Assembly (NCBI GenBank): GCA_043228905.1
Contig: JBHGNT010000006.1
Coordinates: forward strand, 21,886,001-21,950,000
Reading direction: 5' to 3'
DNA length: 64,000 nt
DNA from: Azolla caroliniana
Taxonomy: Eukaryota; Plantae; Polypodiophyta
Shown here: one piece after another, positions 35,189 through 47,664 of the stretch
Position numbering within the stretch: position 1 is the stretch's first letter
How the letters are laid out: each line of letters starts with the position of its first letter
Position numbers and translations under genes: made by a program
Notes under the pieces: model-generated
What the model saw: only the letters and a program-made list of their open reading frames with translations
Told to the model about the DNA's origin: nothing
Databases searched by the model: none

Positions 35189-37983
35189 ATGTCTTCCACC
35201 ACAACTGTAGGATTGAATGTCTGTGTCTTAGGGGTTGGACACAGCAGAAGCAGAAGCAGAATCAGAAGCAGAAGCAGAAGCAGAGGAGGGGTTTGTTGCC
35301 ATGGCTTGCTCCCATCAGAGAAGCAAGGGAGAAGAGCCTTCTTCTCTCTTGTGGGCATATTAGCAAATCCTTCCCTGTCTCCTCTCTCTCCAGCTTCTGG
35401 AACCACCACTGTTGGTAAGAATTCCACCTCCTCTGTTCTCAAATCTGTTTTTACTTGTCCGATTGCAGGTTAGCATTCTAGACTAATATATACTCATTTG
35501 AAATGAGTGTTTCTGGTATTTTCCATTGTGCTCTCAGGCTGAAGATTTATGAATAAAAACTCAATACATTACACCATGAATGGACATGTTTGATGTCTGG
35601 TGTCTCTGAGTTGGTAAAGTAAACGTTACTAATGGCAATGTTGCAGGTCAAGAACCTGAGAAGGTGATGCCTTCAGGTGAAAAAACTGATATAATGAAAT
35701 GGAAAAGAATACAGAATCCGGGCATAGAACAGGTAATGTTTGTCTACAACAATTACACTTAAAACATCATGTTCATTACTTCTGGATTAGTTTTAATACT
35801 TTTTTCAGCTGTGAACATACAGCCATTTACGCCATTTATCAACATCACTTCGGCAGATATGCTGGTGGATGAAGGAGGAATCATGATGGTAATCAAAGAC
35901 ATTTAAACTTTGTTAAAAGGCCGAGATTTTCAAGAACATAATGTACTGATTCGTTTTCTATTGTTACTTTTTATAGAAAAAAATCGATAGCCCACTACTA
36001 TTGTATCTAAATACCATTGGTTATATGGCATCTGCTATATTGGGTTGTTTATTCTGGTATGAACGGCAGACGAAAACATCCTCCGATGATGAATTGCAAT
36101 ATGTGGGTGACTCTATTTCTTCACAATATGATCAACGTATAGTTTTTCCTTCCATAATATATGCAAAAGTCCTAATTTTTAATGTTAGATTTTCAAAAGA
36201 TGACACTATCATAATTCATGTTTTTTGCATTTATTGAAATTAGAACAAGGGAGAATGTGCAATACTTGAACAAAAAACTTATGTACAAAATTTTAAAATT
36301 AATGTTCTATTTCTAACTTGGTTTTCAAAAGATGTCACAATTATAATGACTAGTTTTTCCTTTTTTGTCTTAGTTAAAATCAGGGCTGGAAACTAGAGAA
36401 ACAGGCAACACTTACACAAAAACTAATGCACAACAATAAAATAAAATCTAATCGTCTCTTTTTCAAGATTCTTCTCAAAGTTGGTACACTCATATTGATT
36501 ATATTTTTGTTCTTTTTTTTAGTTAAAACCAAAGCTTGAAGCTAGAGAAAATGCAATACTCGCACTGAAGCAAAAGCTAGAGGCACGTATCTTTGATGAA
36601 AAGAAAACAACGGATTTGGAGTTATTGAAGGAAAGGGAGCTGAAGAGCACTCTATCGAATGATCTCAAATCCTCCATAAGGCTTTGTGATGAGCTGAAAG
36701 TGAAGATACAAGACAATAAGAGACTGATACAAGAGTTACAAAGCCAAATCAAAGTATTTGAAGGTGCAATTGAGGAAGGTGGAAGGCATGAGGCACGCCT
36801 AGAAGAGACGCTTCTTGAGGTGAAGAAGAAGACTATAGATTCGGAAGAAAAGATAAAAGAACTCATGTTTGATATGCAAAATAAGGAGAGTGAGACTCCT
36901 AAGGGTTTTTTAGCCCTGGAAAAGAAGGAACAAGATATAGCCAGACTTTCACTTGAGCTCAATAGAAAGAACGAATCTTTAGGAGAGTCACAACACATGA
37001 TTGAAGATATGGAGAGGAACTTGAATGAAAAAGATAAAGAGATAGCTAAGAATGAAAGTGCTTTACAAGCATTAAAGGCAGTATTGTCAGAAGCCTTTGC
37101 AAAATATGCAGAACTTGATAAAGAGATAATGTCAATGACGGAAGAATTAGATGGTTTACGGCAATTATCATTAGAGAAATCACAAGAAGTTCAGGCAGCT
37201 ATCATCTCTAAGGAAGTAGAATGCAAGCAGTTAACTGAAAAGCTTACATTGGCATTAAAGGCTTCCGATGAGAGAAAGGAAAGTGTAGTCAGCTTGCAAG
37301 AGGAAATAAACTCCTTGAACCAGGCAATTCATGAAAGAGATACAGAGATTACGAGCATAAATAGTGACCTCTCCTCATATGTACATGGTGCCAAAGTGGC
37401 AGAAGACAGGATATCTTCATTATCTTTTGAGTTGGAAGAGCTCAAAGACGAGAATGCTAGGTTAGAGAAGCAAAAGTCAGAACTTGGGTTAAAACTCGAG
37501 GCTGATTTGATGGTTCTCAGACATGCTTTGCATAAGGAACAAGAATTCTTGGCCTCGTTAAAAGACGATATCCGAAAGGTTAAAAATGCGCTAGATAGAT
37601 CAAACAATGAAGTAGTTTCAATAAGAGAGAAATCAATGAAATGTGAAAACTCCTATAATAAACTCAAAAGTGAGGTTTTTTTAAGTGCTGAAAATGTCAG
37701 GGTCATTGGTGTTGACGTCGAGAAACACAAGGAAATTGCTGATACGAGTAAGAAAGAGTTGAGTTTGGCTTGGAGGATGGTAATCGAAGCAAAAAGGGAA
37801 TTGAAGCTTCTAGAAGAAGATTTGAAAAGAGCAAAATTAGAGAAGGAGAATCTAATCAATTACATATTTGATCTTCATGAGCAACTAGAAAGTACTCATC
37901 TAAGAGTCGCTGGCTTAGAAGCTGACAAGCAATTTCAGAGTGAAACATTGGACAATAAAAAGAAGTCAAGTATCACAGCCTGA
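35189..37983 (+). CDS. MFP1: MAR-binding filament-like protein 1 (MFP1)-like plastid coiled-coil protein, about 650 aa, 4 exons
   Basis: Exons 35189-35468, 35647-35732, 35977-36102, 36523-37983; GT-AG introns, in frame. Transit peptide with RRAFF and a hydrophobic stretch; SPLLLYLNTIGYMASAILGCLFWYERQ resembles the MFP1 membrane segment (recalled similarity); long coiled coil follows. Confidence 0.8.
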
Positions 37984-40049
37984 TGTTGTCCTAGTGGCTC
38001 TTGGCTTTGCCTTGAAAGCCATAGGTCTCGAGTTTGAGGATTGCCTCTGCCCCAGGCAGGTTGTTGCAAATGGCCTATGAAAAGAGAAAAAAGTAATAAA
38101 TGCCTCAAGAAAGAGGTGGGTGATGTTGACTGTGCTCAATGTACTGTGTATTGTAAGGAAGAGAAAACACGATAACCTAGAATAAGAGCTAGAGTATACC
38201 AAAGTAAGGTTTACTTCACATGGGAAAGTGAATTATTGATTCAGCAAAAATATTGGGGAAAGATATGGGGATCAAGTGATACATACACATGGAAGGTAAG
38301 ACTATTAACTCAACTTTGGCACAAATATGACAGGCCTCATCATATTCTTCATCATGGAAGTGTTTAACTTGCATTGAGTCTAAGCTCCATTTGGTTTAGC
38401 ACAATGATATGAGATCCTTATCATCTTTCATCATGGGACTGGGAATTGATCTTGGGAAGTTTCATTCGGTCTGGCAGATCTTTTAGCTTCTGTCATCATG
38501 GAAAATGTGAGGGATTTGCATGCATTTTAGTTTGGAATAATTATATTACAGTTTTATCATCTTTCGTCATGGAAATGGAATCACATTAATCTTAAAGTTA
38601 CAACATAATTTTATCAGACATTTATATCATCTTTCATCATGAGAATATAATATATTAGTATAGACATGCATTGATTTAGTTCTGCACAAATTTGTTTGAC
38701 ATATGTCTTTTTTTTTCTCTCCATCATTCAGATGTTTTGGACTCACATTGAGCTCAAGTTCCTTTTTAGGTTGTCACAGGGAGCACATCAAAAGAACAAT
38801 CATGGAACACTGTGAATTTTTATTGATGGGTGTGTGACATTCGCATATTTTTGAGCTTGTGATCGAAAGTGGACGTGCTTTTCTTTTTCCATGCTGAAAG
38901 CTTTATTTTTTGTAATATTGAATTAAAAAAGAACAACTTCAAAGTGTTCTCTTTTTTTGTCTACTTCATCAATTGTACCATCACCCCTTCCACTACAAAT
39001 ATCGAAATTAAACTAAATTTGGAAGTTGTTTCTCGTGTGTTCAAACCAATTTTGAAAAAGTAGTTGCACTCTGCACTTGAAATTTTGACTGATAATACTG
39101 TTGCTCTATAAATTTATTCATGTGTTAAATGTTTGTTGGTTTACTGACAGACATGTCTGTAACCTAGCCATTCCCACACTCCATATAATAATAGGCATTT
39201 ACAGCCATCGAAAGGCCGATAATCCCCTCCTGCCTAAAAATAAAGCTGCATAAACAACATCCCTAGATGCTTGAATATGACATTTGCTCATCCTTTAGAT
39301 GACTAAGAATACAAGTTCTTAGAACATCTCTGATAAAGGTAAGGTCAAATGTATATGCCCTACATTGATGTATGTGAAAAATAAAACCCCTAGGGTTCAA
39401 GCTTGATAATAAAACTGCGAAAACATACCAATTTCCATGAAGGCCATAGTATAATAGATTGATGTCAGAATGTCGGATTTTGTGAAAATACATTTGATTG
39501 ACAAGTTTGAGAAAACTTCAACCAACATTTTTTGGGTCGAGCGTAGGCATTCTTATTGTGAATACAAGCTATTCCAAATAGACTTAACCCGAATCTTGGT
39601 GCGTATGGAAGCTCCTTGTAAAGAAAAGGCACAATCGACAAGTTCATTGTAAAAGATGGTGGAGCCTTGAGAAGTTCAAATACTACACATTCGACGAATG
39701 CCCGGCCAATTATGGTATCAAAGTAGGGCCAGCCCTAAACCCTAAAACGGATCTTTTTTCTTCCCTCCACCATCTCAGATCTGTATAGACGAGTGTGAAA
39801 AGGATCTGTGGGCTTTTATCCGGACGAGTGTGAAACGGATCTTTTTTTTAATTACGTTTTATTATTATTATCCAAACGTGCTTCATGGTTTTTGTTCTTC
39901 CTAACGTTTGTATATCTCTGCAAGGAAGAGTTGTTAGTAAATAATAGTAGATCTATATGTACCGAAAACCTCAGAAGAGCTTAGAACAGAGTTGTCTCTC
40001 TCTCTCTCTCACACACACACATTCATCTACCTCCTCCTCAATCTCAAGT

Positions 40050-40634
40050 ATGGCATTGCAAGCTTTTTGTTCATCCATCTATCTCTCATCTTCTTCTTCA
40101 TCATCATCATCATCATCTTCTTCTTCTTCTTCTTCCTCACATTTGCCTTGGCCATTGCCTTCGGCCCCCTCGATGCTTTCGCTGGCGTTTCACACCCGGA
40201 CATCGGCCCTCTCGTGGTCCCCGCTTTTTCGGTCGGGCCCCGGCACCCAAGATTGGTCCAAGACACTCGACCAATCTTGTCCGCGGGATCGGCAAGCCTC
40301 GCCCGACCTCGCCCGATCCCGACCGTCGGATCCACTCGATTTGTCCCCGTTGCTCGAGCATCCCCGGCATTCCCAAACCCTCGAGCCTGAATCCGAGTCG
40401 GATAAACCTAATCCACCCCGCGGGCCGCCACGCATTGTGCTCCCCGATGATTCCTCTACCCCCACGAAGACTCGGTACCATCAAGCACTAGTAGAACATC
40501 CTCTCTTTACGCCCGAGAAGGCTCGCCTCCTCCGCCTCGCTCTCCTCGACTCCGACCCCGATGCTTGGCATGACACCATGTACCACTCGGCCATCGCTTC
40601 TCGGTTGGCCACCCAACCCCAAAATGATTCATGA
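40050..40634 (+). CDS. Conserved plant protein of unknown function (AT3G15630/AT1G52720-like family), probable plastid transit peptide
   Basis: Single ORF MALQAFCSS with poly-Ser. C-terminal FTPEKARLLR...WHDTMYHSAIASRLA matches this family's motif as recalled. An in-frame upstream ATG at 39957 is an alternative start. Confidence 0.78.
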   Translation: MALQAFCSSIYLSSSSSSSSSSSSSSSSSSHLPWPLPSAPSMLSLAFHTRTSALSWSPLFRSGPGTQDWSKTLDQSCPRDRQASPDLARSRPSDPLDLSPLLEHPRHSQTLEPESESDKPNPPRGPPRIVLPDDSSTPTKTRYHQALVEHPLFTPEKARLLRLALLDSDPDAWHDTMYHSAIASRLATQPQNDS

Positions 40635-42790
40635 ACCACACACACATTTCGGAGTTTGGTCACATATCCTTTGGAAACCTAGGCTTTGTTTTAAAGACCC
40701 TTGCCAATTGTATCCTTTTGATGCCGAAATTCGTCGACACTTCCGCCTCACCGCACTGTTTTTTTGGAGTATTTGATTTTAGAAAATGCCGATCCATCGA
40801 CTGGCTTTTAGAATGTCCGTTGATTGGTTCGACAACTCATGGTAGCTTTTGGAATTTGCTTCTAGAGGAGTTGGTTCGACAACAACTTTTCGGATTCAAT
40901 TCTAGAGATCAGTTTTATTCGTAGGTCAACAACTTTTTGGATTCAATTCTAGATATCAGTTTTATTCGTAGGTGCAACATTTCTGATTCAAATCTAGAGA
41001 TGGTATATAGCAATAGTATATTTTAGAGTTAATTTTAGGGATGTTGATTCCACATTAGTGGTATACTAATGTGGATGTCAGGTTAGTCTTTCTCCCACCC
41101 CTCTTTTTGGAACTACTTAGAGAGAGGTAGTGGAGATTTCTCATTATGCATTTTTCATTGTAAGGCTTTTATCTTCATGTGACTATATGAAGGTAGACAT
41201 TTTTATGCAGTTGTGATCTCCCTTTTTAATTTCATGGTATTTGAATTGATGTGTTATGCATGCGGTTCCATTTAAGTAGTAGAAAACATTTGGAATTGAA
41301 TGTGCATTATGCCATGTATTATATAGATGCTGCTTATGTTGGTGGTGTAGAGGATTGTGGAAATGATGGTCCAAAATAACCAAAGAATGAAAACTCAGGG
41401 TACTGCGGTTATTGTTTTGAAGTGCAAGATTTTTAATATGTACGCAATTTCAAGCATCACAATCTCATGTTCTGTTCAATCAACTATTGTGTAAGTGATT
41501 TGAAGCATCAGAATTTGTTGTTAAACTTGTGTGATCAAGCCTTCATATTGTATTTGAAATCAAAATTTCCATTCCCAACTTCTATAGAATGACAAGTAGT
41601 AGCCGTTGAAATGAAGTTCACATCACAAGATAACAATCATTCCAAACTTTGCTATGCTAAAGACTGACAAAGTTTTGATTTCAGGGTTATGTTGATTAGA
41701 AGGTTTCTACTTCTAAATTTTATCAATATAAACAAGGCAAAAAACAAAATTAGTCTACTTTAAACACCACAGATTCCATAGCATGGTATCCATGCATCAA
41801 CCATGCATAATGATGCCCCCACTTCAATCACCCCTACTATATTACCGTGCACAAAGAGGGATAAATGTGAATCAGAGCTAGTGTAATATTTTGAAAGATT
41901 GAATTGTTTCATGATGTTTGAGTGACCACTTTGATAGTGTGATAATTAATTAAGGGATAATCTCTTGATTTATCTTGCATGCAGAAAATAGGACTGCTAT
42001 TTAAGTTGTAATCAGAGTTAAATGAATGGAGGGTTATGATGAGTGTAATCAATACATCTATTACCTTTTGTTATTGATTTATTATCCCATAAAGCTGTTT
42101 AAGTTGTAATCATAGTTTAATGAATGGAAGGTTTTGTTGGTTTCACTTGAGGCTACACCAACTGACTAATCTAGGGCCCTCAATTACTTTGGGTTATGGT
42201 GAGTGTAATCAAGACATCTATTACATTTTGTTATTGATTTATTATCCAATAAAGCAAAGTGAAACTATTTCATCTTGGTTTCACAACTTGTGGTTGGAAA
42301 ATTTGCCCCACATTCTTGTATGCTAAATTTGAGGGATACTCTGTATAGACAATTAACTGCATTTTACGGGAAACGATGCAATAAAGAGGCATTTGTATGC
42401 ATAAAACATTTGTAAAAGATTGCAGAGCGTCATGACGGGCTGTGTGAAAATATAAAAGCAAACACCAACTAAATACACCTTTTACATAAGGCATCCCTTG
42501 AACAAGTTGGTGTCTACTCCTGTTATTCTTTGGACACAAATTTCTATTCACAACCCTTGCATCTATTATATATAAGTCAAAATTTACATGGTTCAAGCAC
42601 AAACGCTACAAGGGGTTTCCTTACTATCTTGCCGCCATTTGCTTGACTAATGGCATATTCATGGATGATACTATACATGGCTTTTAACACGAATAACATG
42701 CGCGAAATGAACGGACACGTTATTGCATATGCTTCTCCTATCCCTTACCCCGTTGGCTTTCTATATGGCATGGGTTTACCTTGAATCTTT

Positions 42791-45700
42791 CTACCCCCCA
42801 CTAAGGATCGGATGATAACCTTTTCTTTTGAAATCATATGTGTTGTCCGATATCAACAATGGTAACTTCTCCACGTACATAAAAAGCCTCCGATGATTAT
42901 CTTTTGTAAAATTCTCAGCTCCCTCAGCATCATCATGTTCCATCATTACCCATAGTTCCTTTGAATTTACACGCTTTAGGCTTTTCCGACAGAAAGGACA
43001 TGATGCAGATCGTAACCGCCTGCATGACAGCACCTAAATCTGATTAATTATTTTACTAGGAAAATATATGGAAAAAGTTACCCAAGTGAGTAACATACTG
43101 TCACAAATACTAGGAGGAATAGGGGAAAAGTTTACTTCATGGGTATCATTTGGAGATAAATGACCTTGATAAATATGGAAAACCTCTTACCATTTGTGGC
43201 TTAGAGAAAATATGAAAATGTTACCCAAAATGGTAACTCAGCAGGAATATGGGAGAAGTTAAGAGTCTAAATACTAAAGAGCGATATGGAAAGTTACCAA
43301 GTGGGTAGGCATTTGGAGACAAAGATCCACAACAATATATGGAGGAAGTTACCAATTTTGAGCTTCTCAGAAGATATGGGAAAAACGTTAATGAAGTGGG
43401 TACACATCTGGGGACAAATACCAAGGGAGGATATGGATGAACTTAATTAAGCAAAAGGGATAAATAATATAAGAAGTTCAAAAAATGCTGTCGACCAGAG
43501 TTAAAAACGAAATCCAAAGACAAATTCTAATAGAAGATATGGAAAAAGTTCACACAATCGAGACAAAAAGCTTTCACAAGATAGGGAAAACTTATCCAAG
43601 TCGGTAAAATTGGAGGCAAGAAATACTAAAATAAGATGTGGAAACAAACTTTACCCAAATGGGTAATAAATAAAGATTTCGAGCAAATAAAAAAGTTGTG
43701 AAGTAGAGGCGATATAAGAATAGGTTACCAATCTCGATAGCACTTGAGACACATTGAGTGACAACAACCAGGCAGCACGACTTTATTTAATATCTCGAGA
43801 CAGATGCCACATTCTTGTTCACGTTCTGCATCGAATTGCACTTGATGGTGTTTGGCCTCCTCGTATTTGTAGTTTCTTTTATACTTGTCTTGACATACCG
43901 CCTTCTGTTCCAAGACTTCCTTGTCAGTCATTCCTCCATCAAGAACCTGCAAAGACGGTAGGATGTATCCTGCCAATGTTTTTTACGCCAATTGTTATTA
44001 TACATAAAGTAAAGGGCATATTTAAAATTTACAAATCATTGTTACACCCACATCTAGGGCATATTTGAAGAAATTTCCTCTTTTCTCAAACACTATACTA
44101 ATCATATATTATTTCTTCATACATAATACCCATTTTGTTTCGAACACTGTTACTAACAATAACATTCATTATGTTATATAAAATCTCCCTTATTTTCTAA
44201 CTAATGTTAATCATAAAACTCTTAACGCTACACTTGAAATGAAGAACATTTCTTAAAGTTTCCCCATTTCTCCATTGATACAATACTATCCATGAAACTT
44301 TTTTCATACACCTTTTTCTAAAACCATAAAATTCTTCACATAAAACCCAAAATGAAGGATATACATATTCTTTTAAGTACCAACCATAAAACTCGCGAAG
44401 ACTTGCCTTCCTCTCATGAGTAGACATTGTCGTCGTTCCATCTTTTAACACCTGGAATACAACAAACACTAAATTTGTCTAGCTATAAGAACATAATAAA
44501 GCCCCATAATTTTTCTCAAGTCTTTTTATATTTGATACAGTACATAAAATCATCATAAAGCTCTCCACCTGCCTTTCTCTCCAGAAAAACCCTTTGATTT
44601 TCTCAAGTCTTTCTCGTTTTAATATAGTACATAAAATCCTCATAAAGTTCTTCAACTGCCTTTTTCTTCATAAGCAACCCTTTGATTCTCATCATCATAG
44701 AAAACCTTCCGATTTTTCTCAAGTTTTCTAGCTTAAACACAACCCATAGAATTGTCACAACGCTCTTTGACTTTCTGATCATCATAAATAAACTTTGGAT
44801 TGTTCTGAAGTTTTTATCACATAATACTTAAATGCATTATGAAGCCGTTCAATTGTCCCTTTCATCATAAACAGCGCTTTGATTTTTTCAAGTTTTTCTA
44901 GTTTCAACACATAATACTTCAAATCATCATAAAGCCCTTTAATTTTCTCTTATCATAAATAACTCTTTGATTTTCTCATCATGTTAAACAGCACTTTGAT
45001 TTTGTCACCTTGTATATCAAAATATGGAGGAGGCCGAGAGAACCAATCAACGTACAGTCCGCCCAACTAAAAAAACATAGTAGAAAGGATGGACCATACC
45101 CCAATCTCATTTGTAAAGATGCATCTTCCTTGGGAAGACCTAATGCCCTGGTATTGAAAAGAAAGGCTTAATAAGCATACACACAAACATACATGTAGAT
45201 TTATGAAGCTAATTTATCAATCCTTAATACGATATTGTGTACACATACATCACAGGCTTTCAAATTCAGCAAAATCTTAACAATTGTTAATATGATACTG
45301 AGTACACATCAATACTGGGTTTTCAGAAAAAACAGTTACTATTATTACTTATCAATTATTATTAGGGTACTGAAAACACATACATACCAGCTTTTTAAAT
45401 AAGATTGAAATATTAGATGTATGAAGAACACTTAAAACATACACACGAGTATATGGCATATGCATGAGGCTAAATATATCAATCATTAATATGGTATCGA
45501 ATACACATAGATACCAGGCTTTTAAATTTCATAAATTTTTAACAATCATTAATATACATACCAGGTTTTCAAAAAAGAAGTTATTATTATTATTATGATA
45601 TTGAAAACACATACATTACCAGGTTTTCAAATAAGTCTGAAACACTAGATGGATGAATAGACTTCTTTTTCATTCAATCTGCTTATTTTTCACACTTCTG

Positions 45701-46413
45701 GATGAATGGGATAAGGAAACAAACTAAAAACTTCTTTGTTATTGTTTAATATAACCTCTCTTCTGTGTTCCCATACACATATCAAACTGTACGCTTAATA
45801 TTTTAAGGCTAAAACAAAGTTTATCAATCCAATTAGGTGAACAAAATAACACATAGGATTTAATCAGTGAACTGCCACAATTAGAAACTCCCCCATTTTT
45901 GAGGTTCAAGATCTACATTAAAATATAAAACCACACATTTAAATCCATTCCATTGTTGCTTGCCCTTTTAGCCCATAACTATCCCTCAATCAAATTATAT
46001 CTTTGGCTTTATCAATGCTGATAATATCCATTAACCCATATGAAAGTATAACCAAATGGTTTTTTTGCCTTTTCGATGTTGAAAAAATCCATTAACCCAC
46101 ATGAAAATATTCACAAATCCAAATAAATATTTGCAAGGTTGAACTTTTCATCAATCCATTTTAATACTTTAAACTATTCACTGATCAAACAAAATCTTCT
46201 TCGACTCAAACTACCCTTAATCTGTATGAACATTTCAGCTATTCACTCATTAAATGGATGTGAAAAATCTTCAAAACTGAGAGAGGATAATGAACTAAAC
46301 AAAAGAAACCCGTTTTAATCTACTTACATGGTATTAGCATGTTGGATATCAGCCTCTAGCTGCTTGAGAGACTCTTTAAAAGATCTCCTTCTATTCAATC
46401 TGAACCCTAACAT
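42791..46413 (-). CDS. AIRP2: AIRP2-like C3HC4 RING E3 ubiquitin ligase, about 253 aa, 5 exons
   Basis: Exons 46413-46328, 45147-45009, 44451-44385, 43969-43729, 43019-42791 (762 nt, GT-AG). Motifs SFKESLKQLEADIQHANT, DGTTTMSTHERKASLREFYG and ECGICLE...CCHSMCLKCYRDW..RSASCPFCR. Confidence 0.92.
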
Positions 46414-47261
46414 AGTACACAACCTTATATCGCCGCCAAACAAATCCGATAAAGAAGAGGCTCTATGAAATCTCTATCAAGCTGAAGGTGAAAAGATTGC
46501 TCAATCTTTGGACAAAACTTCACAGCATGCTCTGACCAAAATTTCGTAGAGTAAACAGAAATATTCTCCGACAGACAAAACTTTGTTGTAAAAATACTAA
46601 CTCTTGATATTGCAACGAAAACAAAGATTAGATTAATTATAGGAGAGCTCTGAGGAGAAGAAGAAGATGATAATAAAGGAGCCCCATATTCCATTCGTAT
46701 TTCCTTCTCTACGAATTGGAATATTTTAAAGATATGTCCAATCTTAACTTGATTCCCTTCCTAAGAGGGAATCCTGAGGTGGGCTCTGCTTAAGAACAGA
46801 TTTAGGGTTTTGGATATGAAGCAGAATTAGGGTTTTGAGTATGGGAATTTATAGAGGATCGGTTTGAAACACAATCAGGGTCTTCTCCACAGAAACAAAA
46901 GGTAGTTTCCTTTCTATATCTAGTTTTCTTTCGTTTTGGGAGGGGGGTTCTTTGCACAGAATTAGGGTTTTCTCTAAAGAAGGAGAACAAGGGTTTGCTC
47001 CAAAGAAGCAGGGATTAGGGTTTTGATCTGTGATTTGCTTGTGCGTTTCAAGGTATCTTTGTGTGCAAGGAAAGAATATATATTTGCTGTAATTAATGAC
47101 TTCCTATTCTTTTTCTATATTTGATGGGAGGAAGAAGATAAACAATTATCCTGCAGACCTTATCCGCTAATGTGGGTCTACTCCAAAAGCTTCTTCTTCT
47201 GTGGGTAAAAAAATCGCCCACAGAAACAAATACAAAGAAAAAAAAAATGTACACATATCAA

Positions 47262-47291
47262 TATACATATACATATCCATATACATATACG

Positions 47292-47326
<35 letters not shown>

Positions 47327-47327
47327 G

Positions 47328-47400
<73 letters not shown>

Positions 47401-47431
47401 GTATTATGTATATGTATATGTATACACATAC

Positions 47432-47466
<35 letters not shown>

Positions 47467-47473
47467 CACATAC

Positions 47474-47532
<59 letters not shown>

Positions 47533-47664
47533 CACATATACATATACATATACACACACATACACGTATACATATACACACACATACACATATACATATA
47601 CACACACATACACGTATATGTATATGTATGTATGTGTATGTATATGCTTTGTGTGTGTGTGTGT
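47262..47664. repeat. About 400-bp (TACATA)n/(CA)n compound microsatellite
   Basis: Simple-sequence tract seen directly, with internal strand switches near 47400 and 47615. Confidence 0.97.

Noticed and set aside
36519-37859. Antisense ORFs over the MFP1 exon
   Set aside because: Shadow frames of the E/K-rich coiled-coil coding strand.
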